A stretch of DNA of 32,000 nt from Erysipelothrix inopinata. Its GTDB lineage: Bacteria > Bacillota_I > Bacilli_A > Erysipelotrichales > Erysipelotrichaceae. Shown one piece after another: positions 17,991 through 26,524 of the stretch (position 1 is the first letter of the stretch; each line of letters begins with the position of its first letter). The notes beneath the pieces are model-generated. The model had not been told where the DNA came from and did not search any database. It saw only the letters and a list, made by a program, of their open reading frames with translations. The position numbers and the translations under genes were made by a program. The stretch is from contig NZ_CP060715.1 of assembly GCF_014396165.1 (NCBI RefSeq), forward strand, positions 1,890,001-1,922,000. Direction: 5' to 3'.

Positions 17991-18503
17991 TTAAGGTTTG
18001 AAGTCTGTAATTCCCTCATGGAGCAAGAGTTTTTCTTTCATGCCCAGTCCTCCACGAAAACCACGAAGTTTGCGATCTTTACCTAAAACACGATGACAAG
18101 GCGCTACAATCATCAGAGGATTTTGAGATATTGCATGAGCACATGCACGTGTAGCCGTTGGTTGACCGATTCCTTCAGCTACTTCTTGATACGACTCTGT
18201 TTTCCCATATGGGATTGTCATAAGATGCTTCCAAACTTTAATTTGAAAAGGCGTTCCAATAAAATCCATAGGAAAATCAAATTGAGGATTTAAACCATTA
18301 TGATAATCCGTAAAAGTCTTTATGAATTCTTTAAAATCATCATCTGTATTTGACGCCACAAAAGTAACATTCTTAAATCGATTAAAGTAAGTATCTGTCG
18401 TAAGATCATCATCGTTACCAATATAACAATAACCCCGATCTGAACGCATCACTAAATAATCAATACCAGCAATTTTAATATGACGATAAATAATGTTTTC
18501 CAT
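17991..18503 (-). CDS. ogt: Methylated-DNA--protein-cysteine S-methyltransferase
   Basis: Active-site APCHRV, TPFQIKVW and YGKTESYQEVA motifs in the C-terminal domain. Confidence 0.9.
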   Translation of the reverse strand: MENIIYRHIKIAGIDYLVMRSDRGYCYIGNDDDLTTDTYFNRFKNVTFVASNTDDDFKEFIKTFTDYHNGLNPQFDFPMDFIGTPFQIKVWKHLMTIPYGKTESYQEVAEGIGQPTATRACAHAISQNPLMIVAPCHRVLGKDRKLRGFRGGLGMKEKLLLHEGITDFKP

Positions 18504-18524
18504 AACACTTACCTCGTTTTCTAT

Positions 18525-19136
18525 TTATGCATCAACAACATCAAATCCCATTTGAATTGCGAAAGCGACAGCCTGATCTGAACGAATTTTCACACCGCGG
18601 ATTGCTTCAACACTATAAAGAATTGATTGGAAATCACACTCGGTTAAATCAACCCCACGCATTTTGGTATCCGAGAAATTCATTCGCTCTATCTTACAGA
18701 TTTTCATGACAAACTTTTTATGTTCCATGTTCATGAAGATTCCTTCTGTAACATCACATTCCTTCCATGTCATCCCCTGTAGTTTTCCTTCCGCAAACGA
18801 AACATACCGCATCAAACAATTTTCAAATTTCGTATCTCTAAAGTAATTTCCATTAAACAACGTGCCGGTCAACTTACAATTTTTGAATGTCACATTATTA
18901 AAGTAACTTTTATCGAATTCAAAATTAGAAAAGTCACAGTTAATAAACGAAGCATTCAAGACTTCAAGACGTTCCATTTTCTCCGGTGCAACAAGACATG
19001 ACTCCAAGACAACATACTTAAACTCATATGCATCTTCTTCTAATATAATACGACAATTCTTATAGTAGGTGTGTTCTAAAAGCTCAGAACTTAGAAGTGT
19101 TTCTCCTTCAATTTTCTCATACATATCTGTTTTCAT
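18525..19136 (-). CDS. Pentapeptide-repeat protein, Qnr/MfpA/EfsQnr-like (DNA-mimic fold)
   Basis: Tandem A(D/N)LxX-type pentapeptides (NASFINCDFSNFEFDKSYFNNVTFKNCKLTGTLFNGNYFRDTKFENC...). About 200 aa. The C-terminal GVKIRSDQAVAFAIQMGF resembles the Qnr-type tail. Confidence 0.8.
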   Translation of the reverse strand: MKTDMYEKIEGETLLSSELLEHTYYKNCRIILEEDAYEFKYVVLESCLVAPEKMERLEVLNASFINCDFSNFEFDKSYFNNVTFKNCKLTGTLFNGNYFRDTKFENCLMRYVSFAEGKLQGMTWKECDVTEGIFMNMEHKKFVMKICKIERMNFSDTKMRGVDLTECDFQSILYSVEAIRGVKIRSDQAVAFAIQMGFDVVDA

Positions 19137-19140
19137 GCTA

Positions 19141-19704
19141 TCATTCCTTCCAAATGTTCAATTTCTTCCCCTGTGCTTCTTCTTGAGCTTTTTCAAGTTG
19201 TCCTAAAATTTTATAATCCACTGTTTTTTTATTAACGTACTTAATTTCACCCAAGCCTTCACGAATGATTTTTTCTTGAAGTAATTCACCATCAAGATAA
19301 ACCCACGCAAGGATTCTTCCATATTTATCTCGTTCATTCCCAATATCTTGCTTCAACTCCAAATTATTTGCGTTTTTTAATAAGTTACAAGTATATTCAC
19401 TGGCTTCCTTACCATAAGGTTCAACAGGATGATTTGGTTTCACAGATTCTGGTGTATCAAGCGCTAACAATCTTACTTTCTCATCACCATATGCAAATGT
19501 ATCTCCGTCAACACAACGAATTGTTTGCTTCCCTGTTTGTGTCATTACAACAGCTTGATTTTTAGATTTTAGATACGTATTATTGTAATAATTGACACCA
19601 AATGGTAGTAGAAATACAAGTAATGCTAAAACAAATTTATTTTGAACGTATTTTTTAAAGAAGCGTTCTATCTTTTTTTGATCTTGTTTCGTAATTTTAT
19701 TCAT
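19141..19704 (-). CDS. Membrane-anchored/secreted thermonuclease (staphylococcal nuclease fold)
   Basis: N-terminal signal anchor FVLALLVFLLPFGV, then VDGDTF...VRLLALDTPES...EPYGKEASEY...DKYGRILAWVY...REGLG SNase motifs. Confidence 0.88.
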   Translation of the reverse strand: MNKITKQDQKKIERFFKKYVQNKFVLALLVFLLPFGVNYYNNTYLKSKNQAVVMTQTGKQTIRCVDGDTFAYGDEKVRLLALDTPESVKPNHPVEPYGKEASEYTCNLLKNANNLELKQDIGNERDKYGRILAWVYLDGELLQEKIIREGLGEIKYVNKKTVDYKILGQLEKAQEEAQGKKLNIWKE

Positions 19705-19829
19705 AATTCTCCCTCATGCCATATTATTATACTTTATTTTATCGAACTTAGCATGAGTTCCCTGATATTAATTGACATCCGTTCTTAAAAACGATTAAAT
19801 ATAAACAATAACTTAATAGGAGATAGCTT

Positions 19830-21122
19830 ATGCGATTTAAACGTTCCGAGTTTTTAGCCATTACACTTATGTTTTTCTCAATGTTTTTTGGTGCTGGAAA
19901 TCTCATCTTCCCCACCATTATTGGACATGTGAGTGGTGAGTATTTAATTTTCGGACTGGTTGGCTTCGCAATTACAGCTATTGTTATTCCAATTATTGGT
20001 ATTATTACTGTTTCTAAATCAGAGGGTATGGAGCCATTAGCATCCAGAGTATCACCATACTTCGGAACATTCTTTACTTTCTCGGTACTTTTTGCCATTG
20101 GACCTGGTCTTGCAATGCCACGCACAGGAATTTTACCGTTTGAAATTGGTATTAAACCGCTTCTTTCTCAAAATTTAGGAATTTGGCAAGTTGTTTTTAC
20201 TCTTATCTTTTTCCTGACTGTTTATTTACTTTCCATTAGACCAAATAAGCTCGTCGATATTATGGGTAAAATCATTACACCTACATTACTCTTACTGATT
20301 CTTATTTTATTTCTATCAATTCTTGTGAAACAGCCTTTAAATCTGAACGTCCCAGCTGAAGCTCCAAACAAGACATTCTTCAATGCTTTCCTTGAAGGAT
20401 ATCAAACATTGGATGCTCTCGCAGCCCTTAATTATGGTACCGTCATTGTCTTTACGATTCAGCAATACAACGTCACCGATCGTCAAGAGCAATTAAGTCT
20501 TGCGAAAAAATTTGGTATTCTTACAGGTATTATTCTACTTCTTGTTTACTCAGTACTTAGTCTCATTGGAGCCCTGACGCCAACGCAAGGATTTACAAAC
20601 GGTGCTGACATCATTTCCAGTGTTGGTACGAACAATTTAGGATTCATAGGCCAGATTATGATTGCTGCAATATTCACGCTTGCTTGCCTTGCTACCTGTA
20701 CTGGACTCACAACTTCAATCTCACGATACTTCAGTCAACGATTTACCAAGACAACTTATAAACAATGGGTCATTGGTTTGGTTGCCTTTAGTTTTCTCAT
20801 CGCAAATTTTGGACTTGATACACTTCTCACAGTATCGGTGCCCTTCTTGATGTCTTTATATCCCGTTTCATTAATGCTCATCATTTTAGGATTTTTTGAC
20901 TACTTCAACAAAAATAACAATAGAGTCTACAAAATGGTTATTCCGTTTGTCTTCGTTATTTCTATAATTGATGTCTTAATTACAAACAACATACTCCCAA
21001 ACATTTTTGCTTGGATTCCCCTTCAAGACTATGGTCTTGCATGGCTTTTACCAACACTGATACTTATTGCCATCAGCACTTTCATTCCTAAACATAAAAA
21101 AGATGATACGAATCTTAATTAG
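19830..21122 (+). CDS. brnQ: Branched-chain amino acid transport system II carrier
   Basis: FSMFFGAGNLIFP signature at the N-terminus, 12 hydrophobic spans, 430 aa. Candidate promoter TTGACA-17-TTAAAT at about 19779-19807. Confidence 0.88.
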   Translation: MRFKRSEFLAITLMFFSMFFGAGNLIFPTIIGHVSGEYLIFGLVGFAITAIVIPIIGIITVSKSEGMEPLASRVSPYFGTFFTFSVLFAIGPGLAMPRTGILPFEIGIKPLLSQNLGIWQVVFTLIFFLTVYLLSIRPNKLVDIMGKIITPTLLLLILILFLSILVKQPLNLNVPAEAPNKTFFNAFLEGYQTLDALAALNYGTVIVFTIQQYNVTDRQEQLSLAKKFGILTGIILLLVYSVLSLIGALTPTQGFTNGADIISSVGTNNLGFIGQIMIAAIFTLACLATCTGLTTSISRYFSQRFTKTTYKQWVIGLVAFSFLIANFGLDTLLTVSVPFLMSLYPVSLMLIILGFFDYFNKNNNRVYKMVIPFVFVISIIDVLITNNILPNIFAWIPLQDYGLAWLLPTLILIAISTFIPKHKKDDTNLN

Positions 21123-21145
21123 ATTCAAAATCATCTTTTATTTTT
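21097..21145. terminator. Nested hairpin / bidirectional terminator at the convergent gene ends
   Basis: AAAAGATGAT...GAATCTtaattAGATTC...ATCATCTTTT followed by a T-run. It overlaps both stop codons. Confidence 0.55.
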
Positions 21146-21587
21146 CCTCGAAAGTGATATCAAGATATCCTGCGATAGCTTCGATATTTTTTTCATTATA
21201 ACCTGCGAGATTGTATTTTTTTACCTTAGCATTTTCTTCTTGTAGATAAATGGTAAGAATGGGTGCAAACTTCGCATAGTTAATTGAGTAACTTCCGAGT
21301 TCTAATTGAACATCAAGACCACTGCGATCAAACGTTTGTTTCTTATCAAATAGATTTGAAATGGTAATCATTTGATTTGTGATTTCAATCTTATTAAAAT
21401 TCTTAAATGCTTTATAAATGACATAAACCAATCCGATTGGAAGTGCAACCGTCATAATCGGTCCAAACTTATCAGGTATTTTTTTAGTCATGACGAGCAC
21501 AAGCGAAATCACGCCCCCAATACCAATTCCAAAAATAAAATTAAATAAAATAACTTTTACTTTCTGCCCTACTGATTCATTAAACAT
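21138..21587 (-). CDS. Hypothetical membrane protein (2 N-terminal TM plus soluble C-terminal domain)
   Basis: Start reassigned to the ATG at 21587 (MFNESVGQ), preceded by GGAGGA with a 6-nt spacer. Confidence 0.6.
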   Translation of the reverse strand: MFNESVGQKVKVILFNFIFGIGIGGVISLVLVMTKKIPDKFGPIMTVALPIGLVYVIYKAFKNFNKIEITNQMITISNLFDKKQTFDRSGLDVQLELGSYSINYAKFAPILTIYLQEENAKVKKYNLAGYNEKNIEAIAGYLDITFEEK

Positions 21588-21716
21588 TGTCTTTCCTCCA
21601 TAGGCCAATTATACAGAAAAAAGCATTTAAAAAGGTGTTCACTTTGATAAGCTCCCCTTAAAGTAGACACCCGAAATAAATAAAAACGGGTACTACAAAA
21701 AGGAGGAGCTTTTTCT

Positions 21717-22421
21717 ATGGGTAGAAAGAATAAATATCCAGCGGAAATAAAAGAACAAGTAGTTAAAGAATATTTGAACGGCATAAAAGGTGCAATGGAA
21801 ATATCCCAAGAATTATCGATTAATCCTGGGACATTGCGTAGATGGGTGAAAAAATACCAAATCGTCGGTGTTGAAGCATTCTCATATAAACCTCGAAATA
21901 AAAGTTATTCGAAAGAACTTAAGGAATCTGCTATTCAAGATTACCTTGAAGGACTAGGTTCTCTCGCAGATATTATTATCAAATACGATATAAGTTCCGA
22001 TGAGGTTTTGCGTGGATGGATAAACAAGTATAATAGACTTGAAACCATAAAGGATTACGATCCTAAAGGAGAAGTCTATATGACAAAAGGTAGAAAAACA
22101 ACGATTGAAGAACGTCAAGAAATTGTCGCACATTGTATTGAACATGACTACGATTATAAGGGAACCGCCGAGCTCTATGGTCTTTCCTATGCTCAAGTTT
22201 ACCAGTGGGTTCAAAAATATAACGAGATAGGATATGAAGGGCTTCTTGATAAACGTGGCAAACGAAAACAAGAAGATCAACTCAGTAATGAAGAACGTTT
22301 AGAACGTAAAATCAAACAACTCGAAAGAGAACTTGAACTGAAAGAACGTGAGAATATTCTATTAAAAAAAGTGAAGGAAATAGAAGGGCGGCGATATTCT
22401 CCAAAGCAAAACAAGAAGTAA
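21717..22421 (+). CDS. IS3-family transposase OrfA (two HTH motifs plus leucine-zipper-like coiled coil)
   Basis: ISQELSINPGTLRRWVKKY and TAELYGLSYAQVYQWVQKY HTH motifs. The C-terminal KIKQLERELELKERENILLKK coiled coil ends at the slippery site. GGAGG RBS. Confidence 0.9.
   Translation: MGRKNKYPAEIKEQVVKEYLNGIKGAMEISQELSINPGTLRRWVKKYQIVGVEAFSYKPRNKSYSKELKESAIQDYLEGLGSLADIIIKYDISSDEVLRGWINKYNRLETIKDYDPKGEVYMTKGRKTTIEERQEIVAHCIEHDYDYKGTAELYGLSYAQVYQWVQKYNEIGYEGLLDKRGKRKQEDQLSNEERLERKIKQLERELELKERENILLKKVKEIEGRRYSPKQNKK
22364..22370 (+). promoter_or_regulatory. Programmed -1 ribosomal frameshift heptamer A AAA AAA joining OrfA to OrfB
   Basis: The zero frame reads tta|aaa|aaa|gtg. The -1 frame is open from 22370 (SEGNRRAAIFSKAKQEVKYLAVQEL...) into OrfB. 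Confidence 0.75.
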
Positions 22422-22432
22422 AGTATCTTGCC

Positions 22433-23380
22433 GTGCAAGAACTTCATTATAAACATGGTTGGAGCATTCAATGGATGTGTAAGGTACTTAAAATCGCAAG
22501 AAGCAGTTATTATAAATGGACGCACCGTGTTGAAACAAGCAATGAAATTGAGAATCATGAGCTTTGTAATCTCATTCTTGATTATGATGAAATGTTTGGA
22601 CATATCTTAGGTTATCGACGAATGACAGATTGGATTAATGAACTTAATAGAGTTCATTATAACCCAAAGAGGATTCATAGACTCATGAAGATGCTGGGTG
22701 TGAAATCAGTGATTCGTCAAAAGTCTAAAAAGTATTCACGAAGCACTCCTGAAATCACAGCTGAAAATATTTTAAATCGTAATTTCTTTGCTTCTAGACC
22801 AAATGAAAAATGGTTGACAGATGTCACAGAATTTAAGATTAAAGGTTCAGGTAAGAAGCTGTATCTCAGTGCGATTATTGATCTTTATGATTTGAGTATT
22901 GTGGCGTACCACATAAGTGATCGTAACAATAATCAACTTGTGTTTGATACTTATCATAAAGCTATCACGAGATATCCAGAGGCAAAGCCTTTATTTCACA
23001 GTGACCGAGGATTCCAATATACAAGTAGGGTATTTAGAAAACAGCTAGAAGATCAAGGAATGATACAAAGTATGTCTAGAGTGGGACACTGTATTGATAA
23101 TGGTCCTATGGAAGGATTCTGGGGAACTATCAAATCAGAAATGTACTATCCTAATGAATTCAATACTAAAAGCGAGTTAAAGAAAGCAATTGATGCGTAT
23201 ATTGATTTTTATAACAACAAGAGACTTCAAAAACGATTTAAAAACAAAACACCAATGATGGTTCGAACTGAAGCATTAGGATCAGAGACACCTATAAGTT
23301 ATTCAATTCCAACCAACAAGAAAATTGAAGCTTATTGGTCAAACATTAGAGAAAAGCAAATGCAGGCGACTGTAGCATAA
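22433..23380 (+). CDS. IS3-family transposase OrfB (DDE/RNase H-fold integrase core), expressed as an OrfAB fusion by -1 frameshift
   Basis: DDE triad context: WLTDVTEF, HSDRGFQYTS, DNGPMEGFWGTIKSE. Its frame is -1 relative to orfA. There is no independent ATG or RBS; the track start is a GTG. Confidence 0.9.
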   Translation: MQELHYKHGWSIQWMCKVLKIARSSYYKWTHRVETSNEIENHELCNLILDYDEMFGHILGYRRMTDWINELNRVHYNPKRIHRLMKMLGVKSVIRQKSKKYSRSTPEITAENILNRNFFASRPNEKWLTDVTEFKIKGSGKKLYLSAIIDLYDLSIVAYHISDRNNNQLVFDTYHKAITRYPEAKPLFHSDRGFQYTSRVFRKQLEDQGMIQSMSRVGHCIDNGPMEGFWGTIKSEMYYPNEFNTKSELKKAIDAYIDFYNNKRLQKRFKNKTPMMVRTEALGSETPISYSIPTNKKIEAYWSNIREKQMQATVA

Positions 23381-23484
23381 GAAAAGATGATTCATCGTAA
23401 AGCGATAAATCATCTTGGGTATTTTATTTATTTCACCTGTCTACTTGACAGGGAGCAGTTCACTTTGTGAAACACCTTATTTTA

Positions 23485-24411
23485 TTAATCAATATGAGAT
23501 TCAATCCATCGCAATACATCGGCATATACTACTTCATTATCAATTTCATTCAGTATTTCATGACGATAATCTGGATATAGAGTACATTCAACGTCTTCCA
23601 TACCTACTTTCTTAAAGGCTTCGTAAACCTTCAAAACATTTTTACCGTTATTTCCAACTGGATCTTTATCACCAGAAATCATGAATACAGGTAAATCTTT
23701 ACGCATTTTCTCAAGATTTTTGGTTTCTTGAACTTGGTAACAAATATCAAAGAGATGATAGTACCCATTCAGTGTAAATTTGAACTGACAACGGGGTTCT
23801 GCTTGGTAAATATCAACTTGTTTCTCATCACGTGACAACCAATCGTTTGGTGTACGCGCTGGTTTAAATTGTTTGTTCATACCACCAAAAGCAAGATTGT
23901 TAATCATATCTGAGCGATAATCCCAACCCTTTGTGCGACTCATAATTTTGGTAAGTTTACGTGCAAATGATAACTGAGCCTTAGAGTTTTGTCCGGTACC
24001 ACAAATTACAACACCGTCAATATCATCACTGAAATTACAAATAAAGAGTCTGGTAATGAAAGATCCCATACTGTGTCCCATTACAAAGTAAGGAACATTC
24101 GGGTAGTCTTTTTTGGTAAGCATCATCAGTGTACGCATATCGTTAATTAGAATTTGCGATGCATCGCCTTCATCGAAGTAGCCCCATTCAGCTTCTGAAT
24201 TGACAGAACTACCATGACCAAGATGATCATGTCCTACTACAAGGACTCCATGATTGTTGAGATAATTTGCGAAATCATCGTAGCGATCAATAAATTCTAC
24301 CATCCCATGCGCAATCTGTAAGATGGCTTTGGGTTCGGTTTTAGGTGTCCATTTTTGAGCATGAATTTGTGTTTTCTTATTTGTAGATAAAAAATTAAAT
24401 GTTTCTTTCAT
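23485..24411 (-). CDS. Alpha/beta-hydrolase, lysophospholipase / monoacylglycerol lipase type
   Basis: HG oxyanion motif (IAHGMVE), nucleophile elbow GHSMGS, and a late D...H (DKDPV, HEILNE). It lies 23 nt downstream of gldA on the same strand. Confidence 0.8.
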   Translation of the reverse strand: MKETFNFLSTNKKTQIHAQKWTPKTEPKAILQIAHGMVEFIDRYDDFANYLNNHGVLVVGHDHLGHGSSVNSEAEWGYFDEGDASQILINDMRTLMMLTKKDYPNVPYFVMGHSMGSFITRLFICNFSDDIDGVVICGTGQNSKAQLSFARKLTKIMSRTKGWDYRSDMINNLAFGGMNKQFKPARTPNDWLSRDEKQVDIYQAEPRCQFKFTLNGYYHLFDICYQVQETKNLEKMRKDLPVFMISGDKDPVGNNGKNVLKVYEAFKKVGMEDVECTLYPDYRHEILNEIDNEVVYADVLRWIESHID

Positions 24412-24434
24412 ATTGATTCTTCTTTCTAAATGTT

Positions 24435-25565
24435 CTAGAGAGATTCTTTAAATGCACGTCCAATTTTATCAGCTGCGATAATTGCACTTGCAACTGCTTC
24501 AACAGAAATATCAAATGGCATTGAATGAATCGACTCTTCTGGAATACATGCTTTCTCAGCAACATCCATTGCTTCTTGCCATGAAATGGTTTTTACGCCA
24601 ATATCTTCAAGACAAATTGGCAAGCCAATGGTTGAAGAGAATGCCATGACTTCATCAATTTCCGCAGCTTCTGCTCCTTCTAATACGAGTTGAACGATTA
24701 CTGAGAAGGCTACTTTTTCACCGTGATAATAGTGGTGAGTAGGTTCCAATGCTGTAAGACCATCATGAACGGCATGAATTGCGGCAAGACCTGCACTTTC
24801 AAAACCAAGTCCTGATAGTAAGATGTTTGCTTCAATTACGTTTTCAAGCGCTGGTGTTACCACACCATTTTCGCAGGCAATCATTGCTTGAGCTCCGTCT
24901 TCTAGAATTACATCATAACACTTTTCAGCTAACGTTTGTGCAGCGATTGTAGGTTTTGCTCCGGCAGTTTTTCCTTCACGAACACCACATGGAAGTCCTG
25001 CATTAATGTTTGCATAAGAATAGCTGTTTGCACGTGCTTCGAAATAGGTTGAGAGCGCATCGCCAATTCCAGCTGCCAAGAAACGTTTTGGTGCTTTCGC
25101 AATAATTGTAGTATCAACTAAAACTACACTTGGACTTTGCTTGAAGTAAGCATAGTCATCAAATGTACCATCCGCAAAGTACATAACTGCTGAATGGCTT
25201 GTAGGTGCATCTGTTGCTGCAATTGTAGGGACAATGATCAATGCATCACCTTCCGCAACACATTTTGCTGTATCGATAGCTTTACCGCCACCCAATCCAA
25301 CAATACAATCAGAATGTTTAACGTTTGCTTCTTCTTGAAGTCGTTTAATTTCTTCACGGGTACATTCACCATTGAATGTACTTACCATAATATCTACATC
25401 GAATGTTTTTTGAGTTTCATCCAATTGTTTTTGAACACGAGCCACATCATCTTTGTGAGCAATTAAAAGTGCAGACTTTCCAAATGTACTGATAAAGTAA
25501 CCTAAATTTAGTAATTCATTTTCCCCTTGTACGTATTTTGTTGGTGAAATAAATGCTTTTCTCAT
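24435..25565 (-). CDS. gldA: Glycerol dehydrogenase (iron-containing ADH family III)
   Basis: GLGGGKAIDTAK, IVPTIAATDAPTS and the HAVHDG...HGEKVAF metal-ligand motifs. It sits in the dha operon. Confidence 0.88.
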   Translation of the reverse strand: MRKAFISPTKYVQGENELLNLGYFISTFGKSALLIAHKDDVARVQKQLDETQKTFDVDIMVSTFNGECTREEIKRLQEEANVKHSDCIVGLGGGKAIDTAKCVAEGDALIIVPTIAATDAPTSHSAVMYFADGTFDDYAYFKQSPSVVLVDTTIIAKAPKRFLAAGIGDALSTYFEARANSYSYANINAGLPCGVREGKTAGAKPTIAAQTLAEKCYDVILEDGAQAMIACENGVVTPALENVIEANILLSGLGFESAGLAAIHAVHDGLTALEPTHHYYHGEKVAFSVIVQLVLEGAEAAEIDEVMAFSSTIGLPICLEDIGVKTISWQEAMDVAEKACIPEESIHSMPFDISVEAVASAIIAADKIGRAFKESL

Positions 25566-25582
25566 TAATTGTTTCCTCCTTA

Positions 25583-25957
25583 TTATTTAATAATTAATGG
25601 TTTTAATTGCGATTCAATTTCATTAAGATCAACACCTGCTTCAAGTAAAGCACAGGCTGTATAACATCCTTCTACAAATGCTGCGTCATAAATTGTGACG
25701 GACTTATCGGTCATTTCTGATACGATATCAAGATTCATCTTTGCACTTCCTAAGTCATAGAATGCAAGTATTTTATCTGCTTGGTTTGTATCAACTGCAT
25801 TTAAGATTGATTCAAAGCTTGTCCCCACACCTCCTTCTTCAGTTCCTCCTGAATATGTAATGGACACATTCGGTCCAATTTCAGACATTAATTGATGAAC
25901 GCCTTTGGCCACACCCTCAACATGTGACACGATTAATACGCCATAATCTGTTCTCAT
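25583..25957 (-). CDS. dhaM: PTS-dependent dihydroxyacetone kinase, phosphotransfer subunit DhaM (single EIIA-Man-like domain)
   Basis: GVLIVSHVEGVAKGV carries the phospho-His. 124 aa. ATGA overlap with the dhaL stop. Confidence 0.85.
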   Translation of the reverse strand: MRTDYGVLIVSHVEGVAKGVHQLMSEIGPNVSITYSGGTEEGGVGTSFESILNAVDTNQADKILAFYDLGSAKMNLDIVSEMTDKSVTIYDAAFVEGCYTACALLEAGVDLNEIESQLKPLIIK

Positions 25958-26520
25958 AGAACACCTGCTTTGATTGCTGTTTCAAATAAGAGTTGTGATG
26001 ATACTGCACCCGGATCACGATGTCCGATAGAACGATCACCCAAGAATGATGCTCGTCCTTTAGTTGCTTTCATATCATCTGTTTTCTTTGCATAGACTTC
26101 AATGTTTTCTAATTTTAAAGTTTGTGCTTCTAAGTCTGTTACTACAGGTCCCCAAACATCAAGCATTGTTTTCTCGTTAATTGTAGATTTACCACGAGAT
26201 CCAATGGCTTCAAAACCCGCTTTAATCGTCTCTGAATCAAGTTTATCATTAGACATAACTTTACTCATCGCAATGAATGCAGAACCATAGAGTGGACCTG
26301 AAGCACCACCAACCTTACTCAACAATGTCATGCCCGTTAATTTCAAGAGTCCCGCATCATCAAGTTCTGGTTTTGTATCCATTGCTGCCAAAACAGCCTG
26401 CATACCACGACTCATGTTCGTGCCATGATCACCATCTCCAATGGGTGTATCAAGATCATTTAAAAGTGCCTTATTTTCTTCAATGCTTTGTGCATATTCT
26501 TTTAACCAATTTCGAATCAT
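25954..26520 (-). CDS. dhaL: Dihydroxyacetone kinase ADP-binding subunit DhaL
   Basis: LNDLDTPIGDGDHGTNM and GGASGPLYG motifs. Confidence 0.9.
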   Translation of the reverse strand: MIRNWLKEYAQSIEENKALLNDLDTPIGDGDHGTNMSRGMQAVLAAMDTKPELDDAGLLKLTGMTLLSKVGGASGPLYGSAFIAMSKVMSNDKLDSETIKAGFEAIGSRGKSTINEKTMLDVWGPVVTDLEAQTLKLENIEVYAKKTDDMKATKGRASFLGDRSIGHRDPGAVSSQLLFETAIKAGVL

Positions 26521-26524
26521 AGTC

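Larger units (their letters stand above)
21645..23462 (+). mobile_element. Intact IS3-family insertion sequence (1818 bp)
   Basis: Ends are TG...CA. Imperfect terminal IRs: TGATAAGCTCCCCTTAAAGTAGACACCCGAAATAAATAAAA versus the reverse complement of the right end, TGAACTGCTCCCTGTCAAGTAGACAGGTGAAATAAATAAAA. A 3-bp direct repeat CTT flanks it (21642-21644 and 23463-23465); this is 5 bp, CACTT, if the terminal CA is counted as target. orfA/orfB are in the 0/-1 frames. Confidence 0.9.

Noticed and set aside
19748-20125. 125-aa minus-strand ORF opposite the 5' end of brnQ.
   Set aside because: It is antisense to a CDS with an unambiguous BrnQ signature, and there is no RBS.
21569-21784. 71-aa minus-strand ORF spanning the IS left end.
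   Set aside because: It crosses the IS terminal inverted repeat and the orfA start. It is an artefact of the junction. The two 108-aa antisense ORFs inside the IS (21954-22280 and 22277-22603) and the ORFs at 22428-22610 and 23415-23615 are rejected for the same reason.
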